A DNA stretch of 63,937 nt, the filler included, from Caldilineae bacterium (lineage in GTDB: Bacteria; Chloroflexota; Anaerolineae; DTLA01), in assembly GCA_037446815.1 (NCBI GenBank). It is 13 parts of 13 records of this genome, joined end to end, with 100 filler letters (N's around TTAATTAATTAA, not from the genome) between each part and the next. Parts side by side here need not be neighbours in the genome. Positions count along the whole stretch, not along the records: positions 37,104 to 41,962 come from JBBIHX010000200.1; positions 42,063 to 46,688 come from JBBIHX010000203.1; positions 46,789 to 51,358 come from JBBIHX010000204.1; 10 more parts are not named here. One strand, given 5' to 3'. The notes beneath the pieces are model-generated. The model was not told where the DNA came from, ran no database searches, and saw nothing but the letters and a program-made list of their open reading frames with translations. Below are positions 37,637 to 47,840 of the stretch, piece after piece. The stretch's first letter is position 1. Every line of letters starts with the position of its first letter. The translations under genes and the position numbers were made by a program.

Positions 37637-39088
37637 ATGCTGCAAACGCATGGCATGAGCATGACCAGCGCGCACTACTGCCGTCTGGGGCAGCAGGAGC
37701 GCGAGAAGATCCACGCGGCCAGCCTTGAGATTCTGGAGCGGGTGGGCGTGGACGTGCACGACGAGCGGGCGCGCGCCCTGTTGGTCAAGGGCGGGGCCAA
37801 GGCCGACGGCATCCGCGTGCGGATTCCGGAGCACATGGTCGCGACGGCGCTGGCCGTAGCGCCCAAGCAGATTACGCTGTACAACCGACACGGCAAGGTG
37901 GCTATCCGCGCCCGCGACTACAACACTTACTATGGCGGCGGGTCGGACTGCCTCAACATCCTGGATCACCGCACCGGGCAGCGCCGAAAGCCGACGCTGA
38001 GCGACGTGCGCGACGCCGCCGTGGTGCAGGATGCGCTGCCGGAGATAGACTTCGTCATGTCCATGTTCCTGCCCGAAGACGTGGATCAGCGCATCTACGA
38101 CCGCTACCAGATGGAGGTGATGCTCAACAACACCACCAAGCCCATCGTGTTCGTTACGCCGGACTTTGAGGGGTGTGTGGCGGCGGTGGAGATGTGCGAA
38201 GCGGTAGCAGGTGGGGCCGAAGCCTTCCAGCGTCGTCCCTTCGCCGTGTGCTACATCAACGTTACGTCGGGGCTCATCGCCAACGCCGAGGCGCTGCAGA
38301 AATGCATGTACTTCGCGGAGAAGGGCCTGCCGCAGTTGTACATTCCGCTGAACGCTGGCGGGGTCAACTCGCCCGTAACTACGGCGGGCTGCACGGCCAC
38401 GATGAACGCGGGCACGCTCTTGGGCATCGTGCTGGCGCAGTTGGTGCGCGAGGGGTCGCCGGTGGCCGTGCCGGGGTGGAACGGCGGGCCGTACAACCTG
38501 CAGACGATGGTGGGCAACTACGTGTTGGCCGAGGAGCAGGGCGTGCCAACCGAGATGGGCAAGTTCTACGGGCTGCCGGTCTTCGGGCTGGGCGGCTCCA
38601 CCGACTCCAAGGTGCTGGATCAGCAGTGCGCCGCCGAGGCGACCATCAGCCTTTTCACGGCTCTCCTACACGGGGCCAATATCGTCCACGACGTGGGGTT
38701 TATGGACGCGGGGCTGCAAGGGTCGCTGCAACTGATGGCGATTTGCAACGACCTCATCGGCTTCCTGCGGGCGGCCACGGCGGGCGTGCCCGTGAACGAC
38801 GAGACGCTGGCGCTGGACGTGGTGGACGAACTGGGGCCGACGGGCAACTATCTGGAGCACAAGCACACGCTGCGCAACTTCAAGAAGGCCTACTACTCGC
38901 GCCTGGCCGACAAGCGTGTGTACTCCCAGTGGGTGGAGATGGGCGCGACGACCATGGAGCAGCGCGCCGCCCAGCAGGTGGACAAGATTCTGGCCGAGCA
39001 CAGGCCCGAGCCCTTGCCGGAGGACGTGCAGCGCGCCATCCGCCGCATCGTGGAGCGCGAGCAGGAGCGAATCAACGCGAGGGGCTAA
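37637..39088 (+). CDS. Trimethylamine methyltransferase (MttB) superfamily protein, non-pyrrolysine
   Basis: IHAASLEILERVGV, SPVT.AG, GGSTDSK..DQQ, GANIVHDVG, LALDVV..GP.GNYL..HT; no internal TAG. Confidence 0.9.
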   Translation: MLQTHGMSMTSAHYCRLGQQEREKIHAASLEILERVGVDVHDERARALLVKGGAKADGIRVRIPEHMVATALAVAPKQITLYNRHGKVAIRARDYNTYYGGGSDCLNILDHRTGQRRKPTLSDVRDAAVVQDALPEIDFVMSMFLPEDVDQRIYDRYQMEVMLNNTTKPIVFVTPDFEGCVAAVEMCEAVAGGAEAFQRRPFAVCYINVTSGLIANAEALQKCMYFAEKGLPQLYIPLNAGGVNSPVTTAGCTATMNAGTLLGIVLAQLVREGSPVAVPGWNGGPYNLQTMVGNYVLAEEQGVPTEMGKFYGLPVFGLGGSTDSKVLDQQCAAEATISLFTALLHGANIVHDVGFMDAGLQGSLQLMAICNDLIGFLRAATAGVPVNDETLALDVVDELGPTGNYLEHKHTLRNFKKAYYSRLADKRVYSQWVEMGATTMEQRAAQQVDKILAEHRPEPLPEDVQRAIRRIVEREQERINARG

Positions 39089-39118
39089 ACCCGCGGCGAA
39101 CGCAGAAAGGAGATTCGT

Positions 39119-40366
39119 ATGTCCCACGAAGAAGACCGCTTTTTCATGTGCAAGCCCTGGGTCTACGACCCAATGCGCAAGCCGCCGCGACGGGCTGACG
39201 CCGACCAGGGGTTCAATACCCGCGCACTGCACGCAGGGTTCAAGCCGGGCAAGGATTTGGAGAAGTTCCGCTCCTTCGTCCCGCCCATCGTGCAGTCCAT
39301 GACCTACCCCTACGAGCGGTTTGACAAGATCCCGTATCCGGTCTACGGCCGCACCAAGACGCCCACGGCCGCGGTTCTGGAGGAGCGCCTGGCGTCGCTG
39401 GAAGGCGGCGAGGCGGCGGTTACGGCAGCGTCAGGGTCGCAGGCGCTGTTCAACCTCATCTTCACTATTGCGCGCCCCGGCGACAACGTGGTTACGAGTT
39501 TGAACATCTTCGGCGAGGGCTACAAACAGGCGGCGACCATATTCCCCGAACGCTGCAACGTGGAGTTCCGATTCGTCAAGGATCCGGCAGACCCCAAGTC
39601 GTGGGATGCGGCGATTGACCATCGCACGCGCTTGGTGTGGGTGGAGACGCCGAGCAATCCGTGCCTGTTCGTTACGGACATCGCCGCGGTGGCGGACGTG
39701 GCGCATTCGCACGGGGTTCCGCTCCTGGTGGACAACACGACCGCGACGGCGGCGCTTCAGAAGCCCATGGAACTGGGTGCGGACATCGTCCTGCTGTCCA
39801 TCACCAAGTTTCTGGCGGGCAACGCGACGGTGCTCGGCGGGGCCATCGTCGGGCCAGAGGCGCTGGTGGAGGACATCCGCTGGAACACGACGGAGTTCGT
39901 GGGCGCGATTATGCAGCCCTTTGACTCGTGGATGACGCTGCAGTTTCTGGAGACGCTGTCGCTGCGCATGGAGCGGCACAGCGCCAATGCCCAGAAGGTG
40001 GCCGAATTCCTGGCGGCGCACCCGAAGGTGGAGCGGGTGAACTACCCGGGCCTGCGCACGCACCCGCAGTACGACCTGGCGCGGCGGCAGATGAGGGCAG
40101 GCGGTGGGCTGCTGTCCTTTGTGGTGCGGGGCGGGATGAAGGGCGCGGCGACGGTGATAGACGCATTCCACCTCATCACTCACGCCGTTACTTTCGGGAC
40201 AAGCCGCACGATTTGCATGCACCCGCCGACGATCACCCACGAACACATGACCCCCGAGGAACGGGCGGCGGCGGGGATTGATGATGGCCTCATCCGCCTG
40301 TCGGTCGGGCTGGAGGATGCCGAGGACGTTATCCAAGACCTGGAGCAGGCGCTCGCAAAACTGTAG
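39119..40366 (+). CDS. Cys/Met metabolism PLP-dependent lyase (methionine gamma-lyase/cystathionine family)
   Basis: LEERLASLEGGE, ETPSNP, VDNT, SITKF (PLP Lys), RLSVGLED. Confidence 0.92.
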   Translation: MSHEEDRFFMCKPWVYDPMRKPPRRADADQGFNTRALHAGFKPGKDLEKFRSFVPPIVQSMTYPYERFDKIPYPVYGRTKTPTAAVLEERLASLEGGEAAVTAASGSQALFNLIFTIARPGDNVVTSLNIFGEGYKQAATIFPERCNVEFRFVKDPADPKSWDAAIDHRTRLVWVETPSNPCLFVTDIAAVADVAHSHGVPLLVDNTTATAALQKPMELGADIVLLSITKFLAGNATVLGGAIVGPEALVEDIRWNTTEFVGAIMQPFDSWMTLQFLETLSLRMERHSANAQKVAEFLAAHPKVERVNYPGLRTHPQYDLARRQMRAGGGLLSFVVRGGMKGAATVIDAFHLITHAVTFGTSRTICMHPPTITHEHMTPEERAAAGIDDGLIRLSVGLEDAEDVIQDLEQALAKL

Positions 40367-40375
40367 GAGGTTGAG

Positions 40376-41731
40376 ATGGCTTGGAATGGCTCGGACATTG
40401 CCGCGAGGTTCGTGGCGGGGGCGCGTTGGGAGGACCTGCCGCCGGCCGTGCAACGCATGGCCCGCATGGCCGCGCTGGACACGCTGGGCGCGACGATTCC
40501 CGGAACGCGCACGCCGGTGAGCCGCATCACGGCGGGGTTTGCCGCTAGGACCTGGCCGGGCGACGACGCGACGATTCTGTTGCACGGGCGACGGGCGTCG
40601 GCGGTGGGCGCGGCCTTCGCCAACGGGTATGCGGCCAACGGGATTGACATTGACGACTGCGGGCTTTTCACCAAGGGACATCCCGGGGCGCAGCTGTTCC
40701 CGACGGCGCTGGCCATGGCCGAGTCGCTGGGGCGGGGCGGCGCGGAGATGCTGACCGGCCTGGTGGTGGGGTACGAGGTGGCCCACCGCACCGCGCGCAT
40801 CTGGCACGCGACGCACGATGTGTATCAGGCGTGCGGGTCGTGGGGGTCGGTGGCCTGCGCGGCGGTGGCCTCGCATCTGATGGGGTTGTCGGTGGAGACC
40901 ATCCGCAATGCGTTGGGCATCGCCGAATACCACGCGCCGAATCTGCCCATGATGCGCGACATTGACCATCCGGCCATGGTGAAGCACGGCATCGGCTGGG
41001 GCGCGATGAACGGAATCCTCTCGGCGCAACTGGCTTCCGAAGGGTTCACGGGCATCCCAAGCGTGCTGGAGATGGCGGAGCACGCCGACTGGGTGCAGGA
41101 CATCGGGCAGAACTACATCGTGACGCAGGGCATCGCGTGGAAGGGCTACGCGTGCTGCGCTTGGACCCATGCGGCGCTGAAGGCGGCCACCGATTTGGTG
41201 CGGGAGCATGGCATTCGCGTCGGCGACATCGCCCATATCCGCGTGGAGTCGCCGTGGGTGGGCGTGCGCCTCGGCACGCGGTTGCCCACCACGACCGAAG
41301 AGGCGCAGTTCAACATGGCGTGGCCGTTGGCGGCGATTCTCGTGGACGGCGAGGTGGGGCCGGAGCAGATTCTGGAGCACCGCTACGGGGACCCGAAGAT
41401 TCGCGCCCTGGTGGAGAAGATAGAACTGGTGGAGACGGATGAACTGAACCGCCTGTACCGCCTGGCCGAGACGGGCAACCTGAGCGGGAAGTACGCCTGC
41501 GCGGTGGCGATCCGCACGCAGGACGGGCGCGAGTTCTACTCGGGTATTGTGGAAGGCAACATCAACTATCCGCAGACGGGCTGGGACGAGGCGCGGGTTG
41601 AGGCGAAGTTCCGCTGGCTCGTCGCGCCTATGCTGGGGGACAAGCGCACGGACGGCCTTGTGGAGATGATGTGGCATCTTGACGAGGTTCGGGACGTGCG
41701 CGAATTGACGGCGCAGTTGCGCGGTCTTTGA
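40376..41731 (+). CDS. MmgE/PrpD family protein
   Basis: DIDD, GHPG, GYEV, KGYACC, AQFN. Confidence 0.9.
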   Translation: MAWNGSDIAARFVAGARWEDLPPAVQRMARMAALDTLGATIPGTRTPVSRITAGFAARTWPGDDATILLHGRRASAVGAAFANGYAANGIDIDDCGLFTKGHPGAQLFPTALAMAESLGRGGAEMLTGLVVGYEVAHRTARIWHATHDVYQACGSWGSVACAAVASHLMGLSVETIRNALGIAEYHAPNLPMMRDIDHPAMVKHGIGWGAMNGILSAQLASEGFTGIPSVLEMAEHADWVQDIGQNYIVTQGIAWKGYACCAWTHAALKAATDLVREHGIRVGDIAHIRVESPWVGVRLGTRLPTTTEEAQFNMAWPLAAILVDGEVGPEQILEHRYGDPKIRALVEKIELVETDELNRLYRLAETGNLSGKYACAVAIRTQDGREFYSGIVEGNINYPQTGWDEARVEAKFRWLVAPMLGDKRTDGLVEMMWHLDEVRDVRELTAQLRGL

Positions 41732-42062
41732 GTCGGCTCAGACCCTCCGCGGCCGGGGCCTGGCGGGCTGGAATAGCCCAGGGCCTCGGCCGTTTTGTTT
41801 TTTCCCCGCGTGTGGCCGCGATCCTCGCGTATGGTGAACGTGCGACGCACCTCCGAGGTGCGTCGCACGTTGGCCCCCCGACTGTCCTGCTGAGCCGAAG
41901 GAGAAGCATCTCCAGGGTTGTGTCCACGGATGGCACGGATTAGGCGGATCGGGTGAGATGAGNNNNNNNNNNNNNNNNNNNNNNNNNNNNNNNNNNNNNN
42001 NNNNNNTTAATTAATTAANNNNNNNNNNNNNNNNNNNNNNNNNNNNNNNNNNNNNNNNNNNN

Positions 42063-43399
42063 ATGGGAAAACGCTCCAGGGTCCTGACCTTCAGCGCTTC
42101 CCCGTACGCCGCGATCGCCCGTCGGCAGTTCTCCCCCTTCTCCTCCACCTCCGCCAGCGTGCTGTAGGCAGTCCCCAGGTTGTTCTGGGTCATGGCGTAG
42201 TCTGCTAGCGCGCCGCGTTCGGCATACAGGCGCGCCGCCTCCCCGTATGCATCCATCGCCGTCCGCAGGAAATCGGCGATGTCCAGGCGCGCCTGCCCCT
42301 CCTCCCAGGCGCGGTTCCCCACGAGCAGAAGCGGCTCCGGCTCGCCCGCGAACACGCGGCGCATCTCCTGCAGGTTCTTGAGGAGCAGCACGTCGCCCGG
42401 CACCACGAGTTGCAGGTACGCCTCCTCCGCGTGGGCCTCCTCATCCTGAACGTCCAGGAACGCCTGCCTCTGCAGATGGCCCAGCCAGTCGGTCCAGCGG
42501 TGGGCCGGGGCATCCACCTGCTCCACGCGGCAGCACGCGCGCTGAATCCAGTCCAGCGGGAAGACCTCGCGGCCTCGGTAGATGCCCGCGTAGTAGAGGC
42601 GCTTCACGGCGCGCAGGATGGCCTGCTCCTCGCTGCTCAGGTCGCGGAAGCGGGCCCGCATCCCGTCTATGTCCACGAAGATGGAGCCGATTGTGCCGTC
42701 AAACCGCGCGGGGACGGCCTTGCCCACTTTCGTGGCGATGCGCTCGGCTTCCTCTTGGGGAACGCTGGGCACGAGGACAGGCTCGCCGAACAGGTCGGCC
42801 ATGCGCTCGCGCTCCAGCGCCGCGTGCAGGCGGTCGTACTCGTCGCCCGCGCGGCACGTGGCGACGAGGATTGTCCCCTGGCTCAGAAACTGGTTGAGCA
42901 GGTGGACAAAGTTCTGCTTGCCCATGAACTTGTCCAAATCGTCCAGGAGCAATATCTTCCTGCGCCAGAAGGCCCAGCGGCGCGGCACGCGAAATGCCTC
43001 GCGGCGGACGTCATCCAGGCACGGGATAGCAACGGCCAGGCGCTTGGCGGCTTTGAGCGCCTCATAGGCGGCGCGGGTCTTGCCGGCCAACGGATCGCCC
43101 ACGATGAGGGTGTGGCGCCCCGCGCGGACGCGCTCGCGGATGGCCCGATCGGCGTCCCGGATGTAGTAATACGCCTGGAAACCGCGCTCACGCTTGCCGC
43201 GCGAACCCATGACTTGCTCCGGCTTCAATCGCCCCGGAGATTTCCACACGGCGACGAAGGTGTCCTTGAGATACTTGCGCCACTTGAGATACCGCCGAAT
43301 CGGGGAGAAGATGAGTTCCAGCACGGCTACAGCGCCCGTGATGACACCCAAGACGGTGCCGATATCCTTGAGGGCTTCCAATATGGCATCTCGGTTCAT
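42063..43399 (-). CDS. P-loop NTPase with N-terminal TM and C-terminal TPR repeats, 3' truncated
   Basis: GDPLAGKT, LLLDDLD, YAMTQNNLGTAY. Confidence 0.8.
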
Positions 43400-43448
43400 G
43401 CAGCCCGCCTCCCGCGCAGAACGATGGACAGCACCCTCCATAGTACGG

Positions 43449-43476
43449 ATTGTAGCACAGGCGCGGCGCGCGTCAA
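43449..43476 (-). promoter_or_regulatory. Sigma70-like promoter TTGACG-16-TACAAT
   Basis: Upstream of the NTPase-TPR gene. Confidence 0.6.
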
Positions 43477-43577
43477 GGGCCTTGCCCGGCGAGGCTTGCA
43501 GCGGAGCCGCTGGTGACGTGTGCATCACGCGTGAGATTGCCTCGGGCCACGGCGCCCTCGCAATGACGTTCCCCATC

Positions 43578-43678
43578 TGTCATTGCGAGCGAAGCGAATC
43601 AATCCCAAGCCCCGGAGACTGCTTCGGGCGCCTCGCGCTCTCGCTATGGCAGCCACCAACAGACTCTGGAACCGCACA
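43578..43678. mobile_element. Degenerate partial MITE
   Basis: Diverged REP pair plus ACCAACAGACTCTGGAACCG end. Confidence 0.7.
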
Positions 43679-43835
43679 ATAGCCCCCTCTCGCCGCGCCG
43701 CCCAGAACGCCCATGGCGCTTCTTGATTCCCCGCCGCGCCTGGGCTATACTTGCGGCGAGGAACGCAAGCAAGGGGCGAACCATGCCCAGGCGCGGCATT
43801 TCCATCGCGCCCATCCCACCAAAGGCCGAGTGCGA

Positions 43836-44972
43836 ATGACTGTTCCCGTCCATCTCCAACCGCTGCGCCGCCTTCTGCGGGAGCGCCGCCTGTGGGCGCG
43901 CGTCCTGGCCGTGGCGCTGGCCGTCGCGGCGTGGCGCGGCGTGGACCGGCCTCCCGCGCCCCTGGTAGCGCCCGGCCCGCCGCAGACCGTCGTTACCCGC
44001 AACCCGAAACTGGGCCTGCACACGCGCCTGACCGACGAGGTGGAGCCGTGGAAGATCAAGCGCTCGCTCCAGATGGTGCGGGAGATGGGCGCGCCGTGGA
44101 TCGTGGAGTATTTCCCCTGGGCCTACTACGAGCCGGAGAAGGGCCGCTTTGACTGGACCCATGCCGACCTGGTGGTGGACCACGCCGTGGCCCAGGGGCT
44201 GACGGTCATCGCGCGGCTGGGGTTTGTGCCCGTGTGGGCGCGGCCCGAGGAGACCACGTTTACCTACCTGGACGCGGACGGCTACGACGATTTCGCCGAC
44301 TACGCCGCCGCCTTTGTGGAGCATTTCCGCGGGCGCGTGTCCTACGTCATCATCTGGAACGAGCCCAACCTGGCCGCCGAGTGGGGCAATCGCCCGCCCG
44401 ACCCCCAGGCGTACACGGCCCTGCTCAAGAGCGCCTACACGCGCATCAAGGCCGCCGCGCCCGAGGTTACCGTGCTGGCCCCGGCACTCGCGCCGACGCT
44501 GGCCCCGCCGGGCAACCCGTGGGCCATGGAGGATCTGGCGTTTCTGCAGGCGATGTACGACGCGGGCGCCGCGCCGTACTTTGACGCCCTGGCCGCCCAC
44601 ACCTACGGCTGGGGCTTCCCCGCCGACGACCCGCCCGCCGCCGACAAGGTAAACTTCCGCCGCGTGGAACTGGTGCGCGCGCTGATGGTGGCCCGCGGCG
44701 ACGGCGACAAGGACGTGTTCATCACCGAAACGGCCTGGAACGACCACCCCCGCTGGACCAAGGCGGTCAAGCCGGCCCAGCGCATCGCCTACTCGGTGGA
44801 GGCGGCCCGCATGGCGCTGGAGGACTGGCCCTGGTGTCGCGCGCTGGTGTTCTGGGTGTTGCGGTTCCCGCGTCCGCAGTTGACCTATCAGGACGCGTTC
44901 ACGTTCGTAACGTCCGACTTCGTCGCAAAGCCGGTGTACTCGGCGTTGCAGGAAGCCTACGCGGGCAGGTGA
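43836..44972 (+). CDS. Clan GH-A glycoside hydrolase (GH5/GH39-like)
   Basis: GRFDW, IWNEPN acid/base, ITE nucleophile; N-terminal anchor. Confidence 0.85.
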   Translation: MTVPVHLQPLRRLLRERRLWARVLAVALAVAAWRGVDRPPAPLVAPGPPQTVVTRNPKLGLHTRLTDEVEPWKIKRSLQMVREMGAPWIVEYFPWAYYEPEKGRFDWTHADLVVDHAVAQGLTVIARLGFVPVWARPEETTFTYLDADGYDDFADYAAAFVEHFRGRVSYVIIWNEPNLAAEWGNRPPDPQAYTALLKSAYTRIKAAAPEVTVLAPALAPTLAPPGNPWAMEDLAFLQAMYDAGAAPYFDALAAHTYGWGFPADDPPAADKVNFRRVELVRALMVARGDGDKDVFITETAWNDHPRWTKAVKPAQRIAYSVEAARMALEDWPWCRALVFWVLRFPRPQLTYQDAFTFVTSDFVAKPVYSALQEAYAGR

Positions 44973-45060
44973 GCCCTCGGCCACCGGCCGATCGCTGGCG
45001 GCGGATCGCCACCGGCCGACCGCTGACCGCTGATCGCTGACGGCTATTCAAGGGAGCACA

Positions 45061-45852
45061 ATGAATCGCAAACGCTGGTATCTCGTGGCGGGACTCGTAA
45101 CCGTGGCCATCGCCGCAGCCATCCTCCTGCGCCTGCTGGGGGGCGGCGAGCGCGACAAGGTCTGGGCGCGCATCCACCGCGAGGGCGTGCTGCGCGTCGG
45201 CATGGACGCCAGTTACCCGCCCTTTGAGTTCGTGGACGGCGCGGGGCAGTTCCGCGGCCTGGATGTGGACCTGGCCCAGGCGCTGGCCGAGCGGTGGGGC
45301 GTGCGGCTGGAGATCGCCAACGTGGGATTTGACGGCCTGTACGACGCGCTGCGCAACAAGAAGTTTGACCTCATCGTGTCGGCGCTCCCCTACGACCCAT
45401 TCCTGCGCAAGGATTTCGCCTTCTCGTATGCCTATTTCAACGCCGGCCTGCGCTGGGTGGCGCGCCCCGACGTCCTGGCGACGCTGGCCGACCCGTCGGG
45501 CAGGCGCGTGGCCGTGCAGACGGGTTCCGCCGCCGACGTGCACGCGCGCACGCTCCAGCGCCGCTTCCCCCAGATGGCGCTGGTCATGCGGGATGAAGTG
45601 GCGGATGTGCAGGATGCGCTCGCCCGTGGCGACGCCGACGCGGCCATTCTGGACGGCGTGAGCGCGCTCCAGTTCGTGGCCGCCCACCCCGACTTCGCCA
45701 TCGGCGACTCGCTCCTGACCGACGAGCCCTACGTCATCGCCATGCCGCTGGACGCTCCGACGCTGAAGCGCGAGGTCAACGCCGCGCTGGTGGCGTTCCG
45801 CGAGTCGGGGCAACTGGACGCGTGGATCGCCGCGTGGATAGGCGGCCGCTAG
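45061..45852 (+). CDS. Amino acid ABC transporter substrate-binding protein (family 3)
   Basis: LRVGMDASYPPFE, GLDVDLA. Confidence 0.9.
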   Translation: MNRKRWYLVAGLVTVAIAAAILLRLLGGGERDKVWARIHREGVLRVGMDASYPPFEFVDGAGQFRGLDVDLAQALAERWGVRLEIANVGFDGLYDALRNKKFDLIVSALPYDPFLRKDFAFSYAYFNAGLRWVARPDVLATLADPSGRRVAVQTGSAADVHARTLQRRFPQMALVMRDEVADVQDALARGDADAAILDGVSALQFVAAHPDFAIGDSLLTDEPYVIAMPLDAPTLKREVNAALVAFRESGQLDAWIAAWIGGR

Positions 45853-45883
45853 GAGAATCCTGCGCCGTCGTCCATCGGCCCCG

Positions 45884-46603
45884 CTACCGGCAACTTACCA
45901 CCAGTTCGTGAGACCTGCGGTCGCCCAGGTTTGCGCGCACTCGCCGGCCGAGGATCTCCTGCCCGTCCAAGCGGATGCTGACCACGTCCCCGCCCAGGTT
46001 GTAGGGCACGCTGACCCCCAGGATGCTCACGGAGACGCGGCCCGGTTCCGTAGAGTCCACGTCCACCGCCAGGCGAGGAAGCGACACGCTGCCCGACCCG
46101 CCCGAGGGAATGGGAGCCGAGGGCAGGCTGACGCCCGGGATGGGGAACGGCAGACTGGCGGGCAGGATGATGGTGCTGCACCCGTTGTTGAAGATGGCGA
46201 TGTCCACCGCCGTCGCTTCGGCGTAGATGACCGCCGCGCCGACGATGACCGCGGCCGCGATCAACGCGCCCGCCAACACCTTGGCGCCCGATCGCCCGGC
46301 GGGGAATTGCTTCAGCAGGCGCTCAATCTCGGTGTCCAGCACCTTGCAGGCTTGTTTCAGCCCTTTGCGCGTCGTGTCCACGGGGCGCATGGCATTCTGG
46401 ATGCGCTCGTAGCAGTCGGGCGGGATGACGGGCGTGTACTCCTGGAGGAGGTCGGCCAGGTCGCGCATAAGGCCGTACCACTCGTCGGCGCTGCTGAGAA
46501 TCTTGCAAGCAGCGCGCAGACGCTTGAGGTATAGGAGGAAGGCCGCGCGCGCCTTTCGCTTCTTCTCCTTCTCCTCCTTGCGGGACATGGAGCGGTTGGG
46601 CAT
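45884..46603 (-). CDS. Hypothetical single-pass membrane protein
   Basis: AAGGAGG RBS; helical N-terminal half, TM segment, beta-rich C-terminal half. Confidence 0.65.
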   Translation of the reverse strand: MPNRSMSRKEEKEKKRKARAAFLLYLKRLRAACKILSSADEWYGLMRDLADLLQEYTPVIPPDCYERIQNAMRPVDTTRKGLKQACKVLDTEIERLLKQFPAGRSGAKVLAGALIAAAVIVGAAVIYAEATAVDIAIFNNGCSTIILPASLPFPIPGVSLPSAPIPSGGSGSVSLPRLAVDVDSTEPGRVSVSILGVSVPYNLGGDVVSIRLDGQEILGRRVRANLGDRRSHELVVSCR

Positions 46604-46788
46604 CGCGTGCCCTCCTTTCTCGGCACGGCCTTGGCGGCGGTCGCCGAACGCGCGCAGTGTACCACGTCCCCGCACGCCGTCAAGCCGCNNNNNNNNNNNN
46701 NNNNNNNNNNNNNNNNNNNNNNNNNNNNNNNNTTAATTAATTAANNNNNNNNNNNNNNNNNNNNNNNNNNNNNNNNNNNNNNNNNNNN

Positions 46789-46865
46789 ACCTGGCGGCTC
46801 CGGCGTCGGACTTCATCACGGGGCAGATTATCTTTGCCGATGGAGGCATCACGGCATCTCAATGA
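46789..46865 (+). CDS. SDR family oxidoreductase, C-terminal fragment
   Basis: LAAPASDFITGQIIFADGG. Confidence 0.8.
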
Positions 46866-46880
46866 GGAGATGAGTAGACC

Positions 46881-47831
46881 ATGGAACGCATGTGTCGGTG
46901 GTTCGCGGAGATTTCGCGGAACGATGTGGCGCTGGCCGGGGGGAAGGGGGCGAATCTGGGTGACATGGCGCAGGCGGGCTTGCCCATCCCGCCTGGGTTT
47001 GTGATTCTCTCGTCGGCGTATCGCAGGGTTGCGGCGGCGCTGGGCCTGGACGAGCAGATCGCCCGCATTCTCTGCGATGTGGACTATTCTGATAGCGGCG
47101 GTTTGCAGCGCGCGGAGCATGAGGTGCGGGCGCTGTTCGCCGATATCCCCATCCCCGGCGATCTCCGGGATGAGATCGTGGCCCATTATCGCGGGCTTGG
47201 CGATGGGGCGGCGGTGGCAGTCCGCTCCAGCGCCACGGCCGAGGACCTGGCCGGGGCCAGTTTTGCAGGCCAGCAGGAGACTTTTCTGAACGTGGTTGGC
47301 GAGGACGACCTGTTGCGTGCGGTGCGCGGGTGTTGGTCCTCGCTTTTCACATCCCAGGCCATCTTCTACCGCCATCAGAAGGGGTTTGAGCATTCCGAGG
47401 TGTCCATGGCGGTGGTGGTGCAGAAGATGGTAAACTCGGAGAAGTCGGGCGTTACCTTCACCGTGGACCCCGTGATGCGTAATCACTTCCAGATGACGAT
47501 TGAGGCCGTGTGGGGGCTTGGCGAGGGGATCGTGTCGGGCACGATTACGCCGGATCACTACAAGGTGGATCGCGAGACCTACGAAATCGTGTACGAATTC
47601 GTGCCCGAGAAGCATATCATGGTGTGCCGCGACGGGCATTGCGGTGTCATCACGCTTGAGGTGCCGGCCGATAAGGTGGCGGCTAAGGTGCTGACGCTGG
47701 ACGAGTTGCGGCAATTGGTGGACCTTGGGAACAAGGTGGAGCGACATTTCGGATGCCCGCAGGATATTGAGTGGGCGTCGGAGGGTGGCGTGATTTATCT
47801 CCTGCAAAGCCGCCCGATAACTTGTCTATAG
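46881..47831 (+). CDS. Stand-alone PEP/pyruvate-binding (ATP-grasp) domain of the PEP synthase family
   Basis: GGKGANL, VRSSATAED, SFAGQQET, GLGEGIVSG, QDIEW, LQSRPIT then stop; no His or pyruvate domain. Confidence 0.92.
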   Translation: MERMCRWFAEISRNDVALAGGKGANLGDMAQAGLPIPPGFVILSSAYRRVAAALGLDEQIARILCDVDYSDSGGLQRAEHEVRALFADIPIPGDLRDEIVAHYRGLGDGAAVAVRSSATAEDLAGASFAGQQETFLNVVGEDDLLRAVRGCWSSLFTSQAIFYRHQKGFEHSEVSMAVVVQKMVNSEKSGVTFTVDPVMRNHFQMTIEAVWGLGEGIVSGTITPDHYKVDRETYEIVYEFVPEKHIMVCRDGHCGVITLEVPADKVAAKVLTLDELRQLVDLGNKVERHFGCPQDIEWASEGGVIYLLQSRPITCL

Positions 47832-47840
47832 AGGGGTGAG

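Noticed and set aside
37637..39088. Pyrrolysine-containing MttB
   Set aside because: The ORF has no internal TAG; the region reads GLGGSTDSK.
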